DNA from: a bacterium
Lineage (GTDB): Bacteria; UBA8248
Assembly: GCA_965219955.1 (NCBI GenBank)
Contig: OZ244799.1
Span: 3,616,001 to 3,680,000 of the forward strand
Direction: 5' to 3'
Length of the DNA stretch: 64,000 nucleotides
Shown: one piece after another, positions 39,205 to 49,872 of the stretch
How the letters are laid out: each line of letters starts with the position of its first letter
Position numbering within the stretch: position 1 is the first letter of the stretch
Notes under the pieces: model-generated
The model's database searches: none
What the model saw: only the letters and a program-made list of their open reading frames with translations
Told to the model about the DNA's origin: nothing
Made by a program: the position numbers and the translations under genes

Positions 39205-42200
39205 ATGAATCTGCCCCGCGCGAGCGTCAAATACCCCGTCACGACCACCGTCGGCGTCATCCTGGCGGTGCTCTTCGGCGCCATCAGCCTCTACCGGATT
39301 CCGGTGCAGATGACGCCCACGGTCGACAGGCCCGTCATCACGGTGGAAACCGAATACAGCGGCGCCGCGCCGCTGGAGGTGGAAGAGGAGGTGACGAAGC
39401 CCAAAGAGGAGAAACTCACCTCGGTGGAGGGCCTCGACCGGATGACCTCGCGCAGCGAGGAGGGCAAGTCCCGCGTCTTTCTCGAATTCGACTGGGACGT
39501 GGACAAGGACGTGGCCCGGCTCGACGTCTCGGAGAAACTCGGTCTCGTGCGCGACCTGCCGGATGATTCGGACCGCTCCACCGTCAACGCGCTCAACTCG
39601 GATTCTGAAAGCCCCATCGCCTGGATAATCGTCGAAACCAAACTTCCCATCAACGATGTTCGTGTGGAGGGAGACGCCGTCATCCGGCCGAAGCTCGAGC
39701 GCGTGGAGGGCGTGGGCCAGGTCTGGATGTTCGGTGGGCGGGACAGGGAGGTGCGCGTTACGCTCGATTACACGGCCATGAGCGCGCGCGGCATCACGGT
39801 CTCCGCCTTGAGAGAGGCATTGCGGCGCGAGAACAAGAACACCAAGGCGGGCAGGATCGACGAGGGCAAGCGCCGCTACGCGGTGCGAACGGTGGGCAAC
39901 TTCACGCGCCTCGACCAGTTGCGCAACACCATCATTGCGCAAAACGGGAGCGGGGCCGTCTATCTGCGCGACGTGGCGAAGGTTTCCTTCGACTACGGCG
40001 ATCCCACCCGCTACATTCGCATCCGGCGCGTGCCCACTATGGCTTTCGGGGTTTTGCGAAAGACGGGCGCCAACACCATCGAGGTGATGGCGGGGGTCAA
40101 AAAGGCGATCGCCGAAGTCAACGAAACCTACGCAGGCCGCGGCATCAAACTCATACAGGTCTATGACGAGACTGACTACATCCACCAGTCACGCTCCCTG
40201 GTGATCAACAACATCTTCATAGGCGGCGCGCTGGCGATAGGCGTGTTGCTCCTGTTTTTGGGGAGTCTTTCGAGCGTCATGGTTATCGGCGTCGCCATCC
40301 CGGTCACCGTCGTCTCCACGTTCATCCTGATCTTCGTGCTGGATCGTTCCATCAACATCATTTCGCTTGCGGGCATGGCGTTCGCCGTCGGCATGGTGGT
40401 GGACAACTCCGTCGTCGTGCTGGAGAACATCTTCCGACACCGCGAGATGGGAAAGAGCAAGTGGGACGCCGCCGTGGACGGCGCGCAGGAGGTCTGGGGG
40501 GCGGTGCTGGCCTCCACGCTGACCACGCTGGCCGTCTTCGTTCCCGTGGTGTTCGTCCAGGACGAATCGGGCCAGCTCTTCCGCGACATCGCCATTGCCA
40601 TCAGCGTGGCGGTGGCGCTCTCCCTCGTGGTGTCGATCTCCGTCGTGCCCATGCTGAGTTCGCGCATCCTGAGCGATGCGGGGAAGATCTCTCCGCTGAC
40701 CCACTTTTTCCGCATCCTGGGGGTATACGCGCTGGGCAGGTTTTGCCGGCGGATTTACGTGGGCGTCCTGGCCTGGTTGCTGCGTGGGGTGGTGCGCCGC
40801 CTGTTCGTGGCCACGGGGATCACGGCGGGCGCCGTCGCCCTGGCGGTGATGTTCTTCCCGCCCATCGACTACCTGCCCAAGGGCAACCGCAACCTCATAT
40901 TCGCTTTCATGCGCACGCCGCCGGGTCTGAACCTCGACGAGATGGACAGGATCGTGCGAATTCTGGAGACGCGGCTCGACCGCGTGGAGGAAATCGACCG
41001 GTTTTTCGCCGTGGCGCGCGCGCAGAACCCCATCGTCGGCATGATCGCCAAGAAGGAATACTCCGATCTCGCTTCCATGCGGCGGCTCGTGCGCAAGTTG
41101 TTCGGAATGATGCAGGGCATACCGGGGGTGCGCGCGTTCGTCACCCAGGCGTCGTTGTTCAGGCGGCGGGGCTCGGGCTTCATCGGCGGGATCAACCTGC
41201 AGGTCGACATCACCGGAGACAGCCTGAGCGAGATTCAGCGTATCGCCGCTGACGTGGGCGCCAGGGCGCGCGGTCTCGACGGCGTGCGTTTCGTGAACTC
41301 AAGCTTCGATCTGGGAAATCCCGAGCTTCAGGTGCACGTGGACCGCCAGAAGGCGGCGGATTTCGGCCTGTCGGTGGCCGAGATCGGGAGCGTTGTGGAG
41401 ACGCTCGTGAACGGAACCAAGGCCGGCCTTTTCCGTGATCGCGGAGAGGAACTCGACATCATCCTGCGCGGGCCGCTTTCCGATTTCACCAGGACGCAGC
41501 GGATCGAGGAGATCAAGCTGCACACGCCGGAGGGTCAAGTCGTCTCGCTGGCGGACATCGCGCAGGTGCGCTCGGCGCTCGGGCCGACGAAAGTCGAGCA
41601 CATCGACCGCGACCGCTCCGTGTCGCTCACGGTCAACATCGGCGAGGAACTCCCGCTCCAGGACGCCATCGACAAGATGAAGCGGGAGGTCATCAACCCG
41701 ATGCGCCAGACGCTTCCGCTCGGCTATTCGGTGGACGTGAGCGGACGGGCGAAGGACCTGGAGCGAACCTGGGGGTCGCTCCAGTGGTCGCTGGTGCTCG
41801 CCGTCCTGATCACCTATCTGCTGATGGCGGCCCTGTTCGAGGCGTGGAGCTATCCGCTCATCATCATGTTCAGCGTGCCGTTCGCCGCCACGGGCGGCGT
41901 GCTGATGGTGAGCCTGATGAACTCGATAGAACCGTCGGTGAAGATGGACACGCTCACCATGCTGGGCTTCATCATCCTGACGGGCATCGTGGTGAACAAC
42001 GCGATCCTGCTCGTCCACCAGGCGCTGAACCATTTCCGCGCGGGCCTGCCCATGCGCGAGGCGATTCTCGAGAGCGCGCGCGACAGGATGCGCCCCATCT
42101 TCATGACGACCACGACGACCGTTCTCGGCATGCTGCCGCTGGTGCTCGCCTCCGGCGCGGGCAGCGAACTCTACCGGGGGCTGGGCTCGGCCGTCCTGGG

Positions 42201-42402
42201 CGGACTCGCCATGTCCACGCTCTTCACCCTGCTGCTGATACCGGTCGTCTTCTCGTTGTGGGTGGATTTCCTGGCGCTCATCCGGCCGGCCAGCTTCGCC
42301 GCTGCGGCCGCCGCGCCGAGCGGCGCAAGCGGCCCACCTTCTGAGCGCGTAAGGCCGAGGAAAGCGATCAACCTCATCGAACAAGAGGAAGAGGAAGCCT
42401 GA
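39205..42402 (+). CDS. RND efflux transporter permease (AcrB/AcrD/AcrF family)
   Basis: 1065 aa; GMVVDNSVVVLENI, ASTLTT, VNNAILLV, RMRPIFMT. Confidence 0.95.
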   Translation: MNLPRASVKYPVTTTVGVILAVLFGAISLYRIPVQMTPTVDRPVITVETEYSGAAPLEVEEEVTKPKEEKLTSVEGLDRMTSRSEEGKSRVFLEFDWDVDKDVARLDVSEKLGLVRDLPDDSDRSTVNALNSDSESPIAWIIVETKLPINDVRVEGDAVIRPKLERVEGVGQVWMFGGRDREVRVTLDYTAMSARGITVSALREALRRENKNTKAGRIDEGKRRYAVRTVGNFTRLDQLRNTIIAQNGSGAVYLRDVAKVSFDYGDPTRYIRIRRVPTMAFGVLRKTGANTIEVMAGVKKAIAEVNETYAGRGIKLIQVYDETDYIHQSRSLVINNIFIGGALAIGVLLLFLGSLSSVMVIGVAIPVTVVSTFILIFVLDRSINIISLAGMAFAVGMVVDNSVVVLENIFRHREMGKSKWDAAVDGAQEVWGAVLASTLTTLAVFVPVVFVQDESGQLFRDIAIAISVAVALSLVVSISVVPMLSSRILSDAGKISPLTHFFRILGVYALGRFCRRIYVGVLAWLLRGVVRRLFVATGITAGAVALAVMFFPPIDYLPKGNRNLIFAFMRTPPGLNLDEMDRIVRILETRLDRVEEIDRFFAVARAQNPIVGMIAKKEYSDLASMRRLVRKLFGMMQGIPGVRAFVTQASLFRRRGSGFIGGINLQVDITGDSLSEIQRIAADVGARARGLDGVRFVNSSFDLGNPELQVHVDRQKAADFGLSVAEIGSVVETLVNGTKAGLFRDRGEELDIILRGPLSDFTRTQRIEEIKLHTPEGQVVSLADIAQVRSALGPTKVEHIDRDRSVSLTVNIGEELPLQDAIDKMKREVINPMRQTLPLGYSVDVSGRAKDLERTWGSLQWSLVLAVLITYLLMAALFEAWSYPLIIMFSVPFAATGGVLMVSLMNSIEPSVKMDTLTMLGFIILTGIVVNNAILLVHQALNHFRAGLPMREAILESARDRMRPIFMTTTTTVLGMLPLVLASGAGSELYRGLGSAVLGGLAMSTLFTLLLIPVVFSLWVDFLALIRPASFAAAAAAPSGASGPPSERVRPRKAINLIEQEEEEA

Positions 42403-43368
42403 GGGGGGTTGTTGGAAAAGTCCTCGTCAGTCGGTGTTGCGGTTGTAGCAGGGACAACCCTTTGGGGTTGTCCTGCCCTCCGTGGTTGTCCTTTTGCAGG
42501 ATGGTTCGAATCAGGACAGGCACGGAGGCCTGTCCCTACGGGGCGGCGCCTCCCCGGTCGGTTCGATTGCCCCCTCATTTGTTGAAAACCAACCCCCCTA
42601 CCCCCCCTTGACGGGCTTGTTGAAAAACCTTCTCGACTGGAATTGACGAGGGGTTTCTTATGCGCCCGGATTCGGGTGTCGTTATCGAGACAACTGATGC
42701 GATTCGCCACGAAGTCGTCATTCCGGCGAAAGCCGGAATCCATTTTGACTTTTCAGCGGGCGGGGCGGCCACGGTCTTGTTGTCGCGCGGCGTCCGGATG
42801 CGGAATCCAGAAGATTCGCCTCTCGTTTTTGTGTTCGATTCTGTCCCTCGCTACCCGAGAATAAAGCCATCCGAAGGAGGAGGCGAAAAGGCAAAGGCGA
42901 AAATGGATTCCGGCTTTCGCCGGAATGACGGCCAAAACCCGAAATCGGGCGGAGGAGCAGGCGGTCACTTCCTCCTCGATAGGGTTTTTCAACACCCCCT
43001 TGACAGGGGGGTATAAAAAGGCGATGCGCCCCCACCGGGCTGAGGGGGTTTTGCTTTTTCTTGCCCCCCTGACAACGGGTTGTTGAAAAAGTCCTCCTTG
43101 GTCGGAATTGGCCTCTCCCTCATCCCGAGTAGGTCCTGTAAACCACGTCGAAACTCCATCCTCATCCCGAGTAGGCGCGCTTGCGCGCCGTATCGAGGGA
43201 GCGCCCTTCGATACGCCGCCTTCGGCGGCTACTCAGGGTGAGGCAGGTACTGTGGCCTGCAAAGCGAGGAGCACGCGTTTGTTCAAATGTCGGCTTTTTC
43301 AACAACCCCGACGGGGGTAGGGGGGGTTGGTTTTATCCCCTGAGGAGCGGGGCTATTTCAACAACCCT
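42403..43368. mobile_element. Nested repeat mosaic: outer TIR element > REP-C pair + D element > two inner TIR elements (REP-A and REP-B cargo)
   Basis: Outer ends GGGGTTGTTGGAAAAG / CTATTTCAACAACCC lie between two convergent stop codons; inner elements at about 42613-42997 and 43077-43309. Confidence 0.88.
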
Positions 43369-44166
43369 CTAACCGCCCGCTTCGGCCAGGAACGCATCCA
43401 CGGCCGCGTTCCACTCGGTATGGGAGCGGCGGTAGCTGTAGTGCCCCCCCTCTTCCAGAATGACGAGCTCAGAACCCGCTATCGCTTTCTGTAAGTCCTG
43501 CGCGAAATACGGCGGGGTCAAGGCGTCGTCCTTCGCGGCGATGATGAGCGCGGGCTTGTCGATCTTGTGAATCTCGGACGTCCTGTCGTGGCTGAGCGTC
43601 ATGTCGAGGCGCGCGGTGATGACCTCCACGGGCGCGATGGTGTCCTTCTGGCGCGCTTCGAGCTCCAGGAGGTTCTCGTACATGTTCACGAACTGCGTCC
43701 ACCCGCACGTCCAGAGCGAACTGAACTTGATGTATTCCTCGAGACCGTAGGCCTCGGCGATCTGCTTGCGCGAGGTCTGGAGGCGCGTCATGTAGGGGTC
43801 CGCCGTCGTCCATGTGTTGGTGAACACGCAGCAGCCTATCCGGTCGGGATAATCGAGTGCGAGATTCTGCAGTATGCACCCGCCCGTGGATGTGCCCGCC
43901 ACGTGGGCCTTCTCGATTCCCAGCGTGTCGAGCAGGGCGACCGCGTCCTGCGCGATGATGCCGGTGGAGTAGGCGTCCCTGGGCTTGTCGCTCTCTCCCG
44001 TGCCCCTGTGGTCGAAGGTGATGCAGCGGTAGCGATCCGAGAAATGGGGCATCTGGAAGTCCCAGGCGTCCAAAAGGCCCATGAGGCCGGGGATGAACAG
44101 GAACGCCTCCCCCTCTCCTTGCTCCGCGTAGTTGAGCTGGATATCACCGGCTTGAATGCGTGGCAT
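43369..44166 (-). CDS. Alpha/beta hydrolase (RutD-like)
   Basis: DHRGTGES, GTSTGG nucleophile elbow, AKDDALTP, GGH. Confidence 0.85.
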   Translation of the reverse strand: MPRIQAGDIQLNYAEQGEGEAFLFIPGLMGLLDAWDFQMPHFSDRYRCITFDHRGTGESDKPRDAYSTGIIAQDAVALLDTLGIEKAHVAGTSTGGCILQNLALDYPDRIGCCVFTNTWTTADPYMTRLQTSRKQIAEAYGLEEYIKFSSLWTCGWTQFVNMYENLLELEARQKDTIAPVEVITARLDMTLSHDRTSEIHKIDKPALIIAAKDDALTPPYFAQDLQKAIAGSELVILEEGGHYSYRRSHTEWNAAVDAFLAEAGG

Positions 44167-44183
44167 GATTTCTCCTTATCAGT

Positions 44184-45197
44184 TTATTCGTTCTCGTCGT
44201 TCAGGATTTCGGCCACCTCCACGCGGCGTCCCTCTTTCGCTGAGCGCACGCCCGCGCGGATGACGGCGAGAGAGGACACGGCGGCGTCGCCTTCCATCTC
44301 GGGAGGCGCGCCTCCGCGCACGGCGTCCGCGAATTCCTCGAGTTCTTCGGTGATGGTGTCGTTCTTATCGCACGCCACCGCCTGCGGCGCCTTCTCTCCC
44401 CGGTAGAGGACGCGCAGGCCGTCGAATAGCGTGTAGTAGGCCGTGGCCGTCTTCCCGTAGATGTTCATGAGGTAATACTCCGACGCCGAGGCGTAGCTCG
44501 CCGTCAGGTTCGAGATGGCGCCCGATTCGTGCTCCAGGATGAGGTTCGCCACGTCGGGGTTGTCGCCGGGCAGGACGAGTTGCGCCGTCCGGCCCGAGAC
44601 GGCGGCGACCGGCCCCATGAGGTAGGTCAGCACGTCGGCGTAGTGGATGCCGATCTGGAGCATGACGCCGCCCGGCATGGCGTCGGCCTGGTAGCGCCAG
44701 TGGCCGGGTTCGAACTGGCCCTCCCTGTCCCTGCTGATGTTGCACTCCGCCTGCACGAGCCTGCCGAACTCGCCCGCGTCTATCTTCTCCCTGATCCAGC
44801 GGAAGTGGTTCTCCCGCCGCCTCTGGTAGCCGATGGCGAGCACCACGCCGGCGTCTGCGCAGGCGCGGGTGAGCGCCTTGCCGTCCGCGACCGTGTGAGC
44901 GATGGGTTTGTCGAGAAAAACGTGCTTGCCCGCCTCGGCCGCCGCTTTCGTGGATTCGAGGTGCACGTGGTTCGGCGTGGTGTTGATGATGGCCTCGATA
45001 GAGTCGTCCGCCAGAATTTCCTCATAGCTGCCCGCCGGCTCGCAGCCGTATTTTTTGGCGAAGGCCGCGCGCTTGTCTTCGGAGCGCGTGAAGCAGGCGG
45101 CTATCTCGATCTTGTCGGTTCTGCCGATAGCATCCGCCAGAACGTCCGACCACCAGCCCATGCCGAGCGAGGCCACTCTCAGGGGTTTTGAACTCAT
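44184..45197 (-). CDS. Gfo/Idh/MocA oxidoreductase
   Basis: GMGWW, TPNHVH, HVFLDKP, GGVMLQIGIH. Confidence 0.9.
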   Translation of the reverse strand: MSSKPLRVASLGMGWWSDVLADAIGRTDKIEIAACFTRSEDKRAAFAKKYGCEPAGSYEEILADDSIEAIINTTPNHVHLESTKAAAEAGKHVFLDKPIAHTVADGKALTRACADAGVVLAIGYQRRRENHFRWIREKIDAGEFGRLVQAECNISRDREGQFEPGHWRYQADAMPGGVMLQIGIHYADVLTYLMGPVAAVSGRTAQLVLPGDNPDVANLILEHESGAISNLTASYASASEYYLMNIYGKTATAYYTLFDGLRVLYRGEKAPQAVACDKNDTITEELEEFADAVRGGAPPEMEGDAAVSSLAVIRAGVRSAKEGRRVEVAEILNDENE

Positions 45198-45288
45198 TGT
45201 CGGTATGGCTCCTTCATATACGAAGACTGGAAAAACGAATCATGTTTTTGGGGTTTCCTGAAAATCCGCCCGAAGCGATGCCGTGAAA

Positions 45289-45726
45289 TCAGAAAGAAGC
45301 GCCCACGGCCTCCACGGCCACGCGCGCGATGGCCTCGTCCTGCTCCCAGTCGCCCCCGCTCACGCCGATGCCGCCCAGGCACTCGCCCTCGTAGAGAATC
45401 GGGAACCCGCCCTCCATCGCCGTCCACCGCTCGGGGCCGGCGGCGAGGGCCAGGCCCAGCGCGTGGGCGGTGTCCAGATGCTGGGCCTGCGCGCCCTGCG
45501 TGGTGGTGGGCCGCTTGTTCGAGGCCGAACAGACCGCCTTGGTGGTGGATGAGTGGACGGTGTGGAAGCGCCCGCCGTCCATGCGCTCGAGCAGGACGAG
45601 GTGTCCGCCCGCATCGGCGATGGCCACGGTGACGGGGATGCCGAACTCCTCCGCCTTGGCGATGGCGGCGGCCATCATCTGCTTGGCCCCCTTGGTGGTG
45701 AGTCGATGGGTCCGGGCGAATGGCAT
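45289..45726 (-). CDS. GlcG/HbpS-family heme-binding protein
   Basis: VAIADAGG, RMDG, GGFPI, GGIGVSGG...QDEAIA. Confidence 0.9.
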   Translation of the reverse strand: MPFARTHRLTTKGAKQMMAAAIAKAEEFGIPVTVAIADAGGHLVLLERMDGGRFHTVHSSTTKAVCSASNKRPTTTQGAQAQHLDTAHALGLALAAGPERWTAMEGGFPILYEGECLGGIGVSGGDWEQDEAIARVAVEAVGASF

Positions 45727-45857
45727 GAGTCGGTCTCCTATGAATTCCGTGAAGCGGTCGAATTTTCTTCTCTTTTAGCAATTCATCCCCCTTTTGTCGA
45801 TGATTCGGGTCTTGCGCGCGGGTTTGTTGCAAAAGCTGATTTCGTGATTCGGCGTAT

Positions 45858-46214
45858 GTAGCCGACCGGAGAGGTAAGATACATCTCTCCTCCCTTGAGT
45901 GGGCTGTTGAAAAACCCCTCTCCGCCTCATCTTGAGTAGCGGCCCCTCGACTTCGCTCGGGACAGGCTCCGCCGTTCCCCGACACCCCTCATCCTGAGTA
46001 GGCGCGTAAGCGCCGTATCGAAGGTCAAACGCGATTGATGAATGAGCGTTTGCTCTCGTCCCGGCGCGAGCCCCTCGCCCTTCGATACGCCGCCTTCGGC
46101 GGCTACTCAGGGTGAGGAAAGAGTCGTTGGCGGTTTGCGGGGGTCGCAGACGGGGCTTATTCAACAACCCACTCAAGGGGGGAGTGATTGTTCCCACTCT
46201 CGCCGGCCGGCTAC
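45858..46214. mobile_element. Nested repeat mosaic: GTAG-ended IR > E-type halves > TIR element > REP-B pair
   Basis: IRs 45858-45873/46197-46214 and 45892-45914/46157-46179; REP-B 45987-46117. Confidence 0.82.
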
Positions 46215-46381
46215 GACCCTCAAAAGAGGAGTCGTTTCATAAGCGTATGTCGATGGAGAATTCCACTCGCTGTTTTTGGGGCATTTTTTTAACGGCCTCA
46301 CGTCCGCCCCGCCCTTGCGACGGAGCAGAGCCTCCTCCATCATGCGCGCGGCTCAGTGTTTTCAAGATAGAGGGGAACCCG

Positions 46382-47155
46382 GTGTCAGGCCTCGTTTCGT
46401 TCATCGAAGAGACCGCGCGCAAGGCGGGCGCGCGCGCGGTGGAGTTGTCCGGCTGCGTGGAGGCCGAACCCAAGGGGCGGAGCATCGTCTCGCGCGCCGA
46501 CAGGGAGGCCGAGGGCGTCATCATCGAGGCGATTCGGGGGGCGTATCCAGGCGACCCCATACTCGCGGAAGAAAGCGGCGTGAGCGGCTCAGGCGATATC
46601 GGCCCGGATACCCGCTGGTGGGCGATAGACCCCATCGACGGCACGGGGCCTTATCTCAAGGGACTCCCCTTCTGGGCTGTCTCCATTGCGTGTCTCAGAG
46701 GCTCTCGCGTGGAAGCGGGCGTCGTTCACATGCCCGCGATGGGGGAGACCTTCACCGCATCGGCTTCAGGCCCCGCGATGAGAAACGGCGCGCCGCTGCC
46801 GCAAGTCGATCAGAGGGCTCCCAACGCGCATGATTATCTCTTCATTCCGTGCGGTGTGGTGGCGGGCCTCTCTCATCGCTATCCGGGGCGCTTTCTCGCG
46901 CTGGCCTCCGCCGCCTGCCATATCTGCCTGACGGCGGCGGGTTCGGCCTTCGGTACGCTGATGGAGCCGATACGCGCGTATGACTTCGCCGCAGCCGCCC
47001 TCGTCTACGAGCGCGCGGGCGGAAGGGTGCGCTACCTTTCGGGAGCGGAGATCGACTACGCCGCTTTGGCCGCCGGCCGCCGGGCGCCCGAGCCCGTCCT
47101 CGCAGCACCCGCGGCGCAAATCGACTGGCTGAAAGAAAGAGTATTTTGGGAGTAG
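46382..47155 (+). CDS. Inositol monophosphatase family protein
   Basis: ADREAE, ILAEE, WAIDPIDGT, YDFAAA. Confidence 0.88.
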   Translation: MSGLVSFIEETARKAGARAVELSGCVEAEPKGRSIVSRADREAEGVIIEAIRGAYPGDPILAEESGVSGSGDIGPDTRWWAIDPIDGTGPYLKGLPFWAVSIACLRGSRVEAGVVHMPAMGETFTASASGPAMRNGAPLPQVDQRAPNAHDYLFIPCGVVAGLSHRYPGRFLALASAACHICLTAAGSAFGTLMEPIRAYDFAAAALVYERAGGRVRYLSGAEIDYAALAAGRRAPEPVLAAPAAQIDWLKERVFWE

Positions 47156-47164
47156 TGTGGGGGG

Positions 47165-47496
47165 AGGACACACAGGCCCTCCCCTGCGACAGCGGCGCGT
47201 TCTCGCCGTAGGGACAGGTCGCGACCTTGGGCCGTTCACAATAACGGCCCACTACAGGGGTTGTTTCCCCAAAAAACCTGGAGTATCCACCGTCATTCCG
47301 GCGAAAGCCGGAATCCATTTGCGGATACGGGTGTATGAACGACGGCGTTTCATTTCCCGCTGATGCGCGAGAATCCTGATAAAAGGCAAAAGGCGTAAAG
47401 TGGATTCCGGGCAATCCCTCCCTCCTCGGTCGGCATTGATTGCCGGAATGACGGCGGTGGTCAATTCCGAGTGAGAAGGACTTTTTCAACAACCCT
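47165..47496. repeat. Repeat mosaic: degenerate REP-C units, REP-A pair with loop module, TIR right end
   Basis: REP-A 47292-47317/47401-47452; GGACTTTTTCAACAACCC near 47479. Confidence 0.8.
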
Positions 47497-47507
47497 TTAC
47501 GCCAGGC

Positions 47508-48311
47508 CTACATCCACATGCCCGCGCGCTGCATCATCTGGTCGAGCTGGAAGCTCACGCGGTCCGCGCACTCGAACGGCGTCGTGTGGCCAGCACCTTC
47601 GACCAACTCGATGACGGAGTCGCCCAGCCCCTCGTGCAGGGCGGTCATCTGCGCGTGCGGCACCAGCGCGTCGCCCGTGCCGCCGAACACCAAGCAGGGA
47701 ACGGCGATTTCGCCCAGGCGCGGCGTCAGTTCCTCGCGTCTCCTGAGCGCGTCGATGAGCAAGGCGATGGAATCGGGAACCTGGGAGAGCACGACCTTCT
47801 GCGTGGCCTCGATTTCGAGCGGATGGGAGGCGATGTAGTCGGGCGCGAACAGGCTCTCGAGAAAATGCCCGGCGAAGCCCGCCATCCCCTCGTCGATGAC
47901 GGTCTGCATGTGCTGCAGCCGCACCTTTTTTCCCTCTTCGGTATCCGCTGTCGCCCGTGTGCTGATGAACCCGCACGCGCGCACCTTGAGCGGGTGGCGG
48001 AGCACCATCTCGAGCAGGATGTATCCGCCGAGCGAAAAGCCCGCCACGGCGGCGGCGCCAATATCGAGCGCGCCCAGGAACGCCGCCATGTCGTCCGCCA
48101 TCATCGCGACCGTGATTTGTCCGCCCGTGTGCGGCGTCCGCCCCATGCCGCGCAGGTCGGGGACCAGGACGCGGTAGCTTCTTTGCAGGGCTTCCACCTG
48201 CGGCGCCCAGATGGTGTGATCCAGCGAAAAGCCGTGCAGGAGCAGGAGCGGCGGCCCGCTCCCCGATTCCTGGTAGGCGATATCGATTCCGTTTGCGGAT
48301 ACGGTTTTCAT
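47508..48311 (-). CDS. Alpha/beta hydrolase (PcaD-like)
   Basis: LLHGF, DLRGMG, GFSLGG, GAGH. Confidence 0.88.
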   Translation of the reverse strand: MKTVSANGIDIAYQESGSGPPLLLLHGFSLDHTIWAPQVEALQRSYRVLVPDLRGMGRTPHTGGQITVAMMADDMAAFLGALDIGAAAVAGFSLGGYILLEMVLRHPLKVRACGFISTRATADTEEGKKVRLQHMQTVIDEGMAGFAGHFLESLFAPDYIASHPLEIEATQKVVLSQVPDSIALLIDALRRREELTPRLGEIAVPCLVFGGTGDALVPHAQMTALHEGLGDSVIELVEGAGHTTPFECADRVSFQLDQMMQRAGMWM

Positions 48312-48452
48312 GGCGCGCTCCCATCGTGTCTGAACCGGCTCAAGACGCCGAGTTGTCTTTAGAGGCCCCGATTCTAGCACACGAGCAGAGACGCCGGAAC
48401 GCCGGGAGGGAAGGAGGCTTAAGGCGGGTTGGCTCTCAGGCCTGCTGGTTTC

Positions 48453-49622
48453 TCACTCCGCCCAATCCACCACAGGCAGTGACATCAGGGAGAATTCACC
48501 GAGGGCGAGTTCGATCTCCTCGCGCACCCAGGCGTCTCTTTCGACTTCGAGCCTGGCCTCCAGGGCGAAGCGCGGGCGCTCCTCGCGCACTCTTTTGCCG
48601 ACCCGGGCGAGCGCCCAGGCGGCGTGGCCGCGGGCCAGGGGTTCGCGGTGCTCCAGCGCGCGGGCGAGATGCGAGATGCTCTCGGCGCCTCCCGTGTTGC
48701 CGATGGCGACGATGACGTTCCTCAAAAACCCCCCGTAGCGCGCGCGCATGACGGGCGTGCCGCGAAACGCCTTCTGGAACTGCCGCTCGTCCATCGCGGC
48801 GAACTCGTGCAACTGCGGATCCAGCGCCGCCGGGCGGGGGTCGAACCGCGGCTCGCGCGCATGGGGCGCGTCGTCGTTCCAGGGGCACACCTCCTGGCAG
48901 ATGTCGCACCCGAAAATGTGCGCGCCCACCGGAGCGCGGAGCTCTCGGGGTATCGGGCCTCTGAGTTCGATGGTGAGATAGGAGATGCAGCGCCGGGCGT
49001 CCACCACGCCGGGCGCGACGATGGCGTTCGTCGGACAATCGTCGATGCACCGGGTGCACGTGCCGCAGTGCTCCTCATAAAAGGGCGTGTCCGGCTCCAG
49101 CGCCCTGTTCAGGAGAAGACACCCCAGGAAGAAATAACTCCCAAGCCGACGTGAGAGCAGGAGCGAGTTCTTCCCTTTCCAGCCGAGGCCCGCGAGGACG
49201 GCCAGGTCGCGCTCGAGCAGGGGGCCGGTATCCACGTAGCTTCTGCCCTCGACGCCGGGGTCGAGTTCTTTCAGATCGCGCAGGACGCGGATGAGCCTTT
49301 TCTTCATGAACTTGTGGTAGTCCCCGCCGTGGGCGTAGCGCGCGATTTTGCCTTGGCCTTCCGCGTGGGGCGTCTCGTGCTCGGGCTTGTACTGCATGGC
49401 GACGACCAGGACGGCGCGCGTCTCCGGCCAGAGGCGGCGCAAATCCCCGCGCACGTAGGGGTTTCTGCTCAGGTAGCTCATCTCGCCCGCGTAGCCTCGT
49501 TCGATCCACTCAAGGTACCGTCCGTGCGCCTCGCCCAGGCCGGGCGGGGCGACGGCGGCCAGATCGAAGCCGTGTGAGAGCGCGCATTCCTTGGCGGCGC
49601 TGGTGAGTTCGCCCGCGCTCAT
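48453..49622 (-). CDS. queG: Epoxyqueuosine reductase
   Basis: IARYAHGGDYH, VDTGPLLER, CGTCTRCIDDCP, CISYLTIE, GCDICQEVCPWN, C-terminal HEAT repeats. Confidence 0.95.
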   Translation of the reverse strand: MSAGELTSAAKECALSHGFDLAAVAPPGLGEAHGRYLEWIERGYAGEMSYLSRNPYVRGDLRRLWPETRAVLVVAMQYKPEHETPHAEGQGKIARYAHGGDYHKFMKKRLIRVLRDLKELDPGVEGRSYVDTGPLLERDLAVLAGLGWKGKNSLLLSRRLGSYFFLGCLLLNRALEPDTPFYEEHCGTCTRCIDDCPTNAIVAPGVVDARRCISYLTIELRGPIPRELRAPVGAHIFGCDICQEVCPWNDDAPHAREPRFDPRPAALDPQLHEFAAMDERQFQKAFRGTPVMRARYGGFLRNVIVAIGNTGGAESISHLARALEHREPLARGHAAWALARVGKRVREERPRFALEARLEVERDAWVREEIELALGEFSLMSLPVVDWAE

Positions 49623-49872
49623 TCGGCTCTCTCCCGTCTGCGCGGGGTCTGCGCCAAGGTCTTCAGGATGCGCGTTCGGGCGGGCGTCGGCCATCTCTTC
49701 TCCAGGTGATTTCGGATAAGTCTCGTGAACCACCGATCTTGGCGGGCGGGCGGCTCCGTGTCAACAATTGCGCCGAGAAGAGTTTTTTTGTTATCCATGC
49801 GGGAGATTTGGTGGTATGTAATGGTTCGTTTTCGTTCCAGGCGTTTCATCGCCCGCAAAAGGAAAAACCGAG

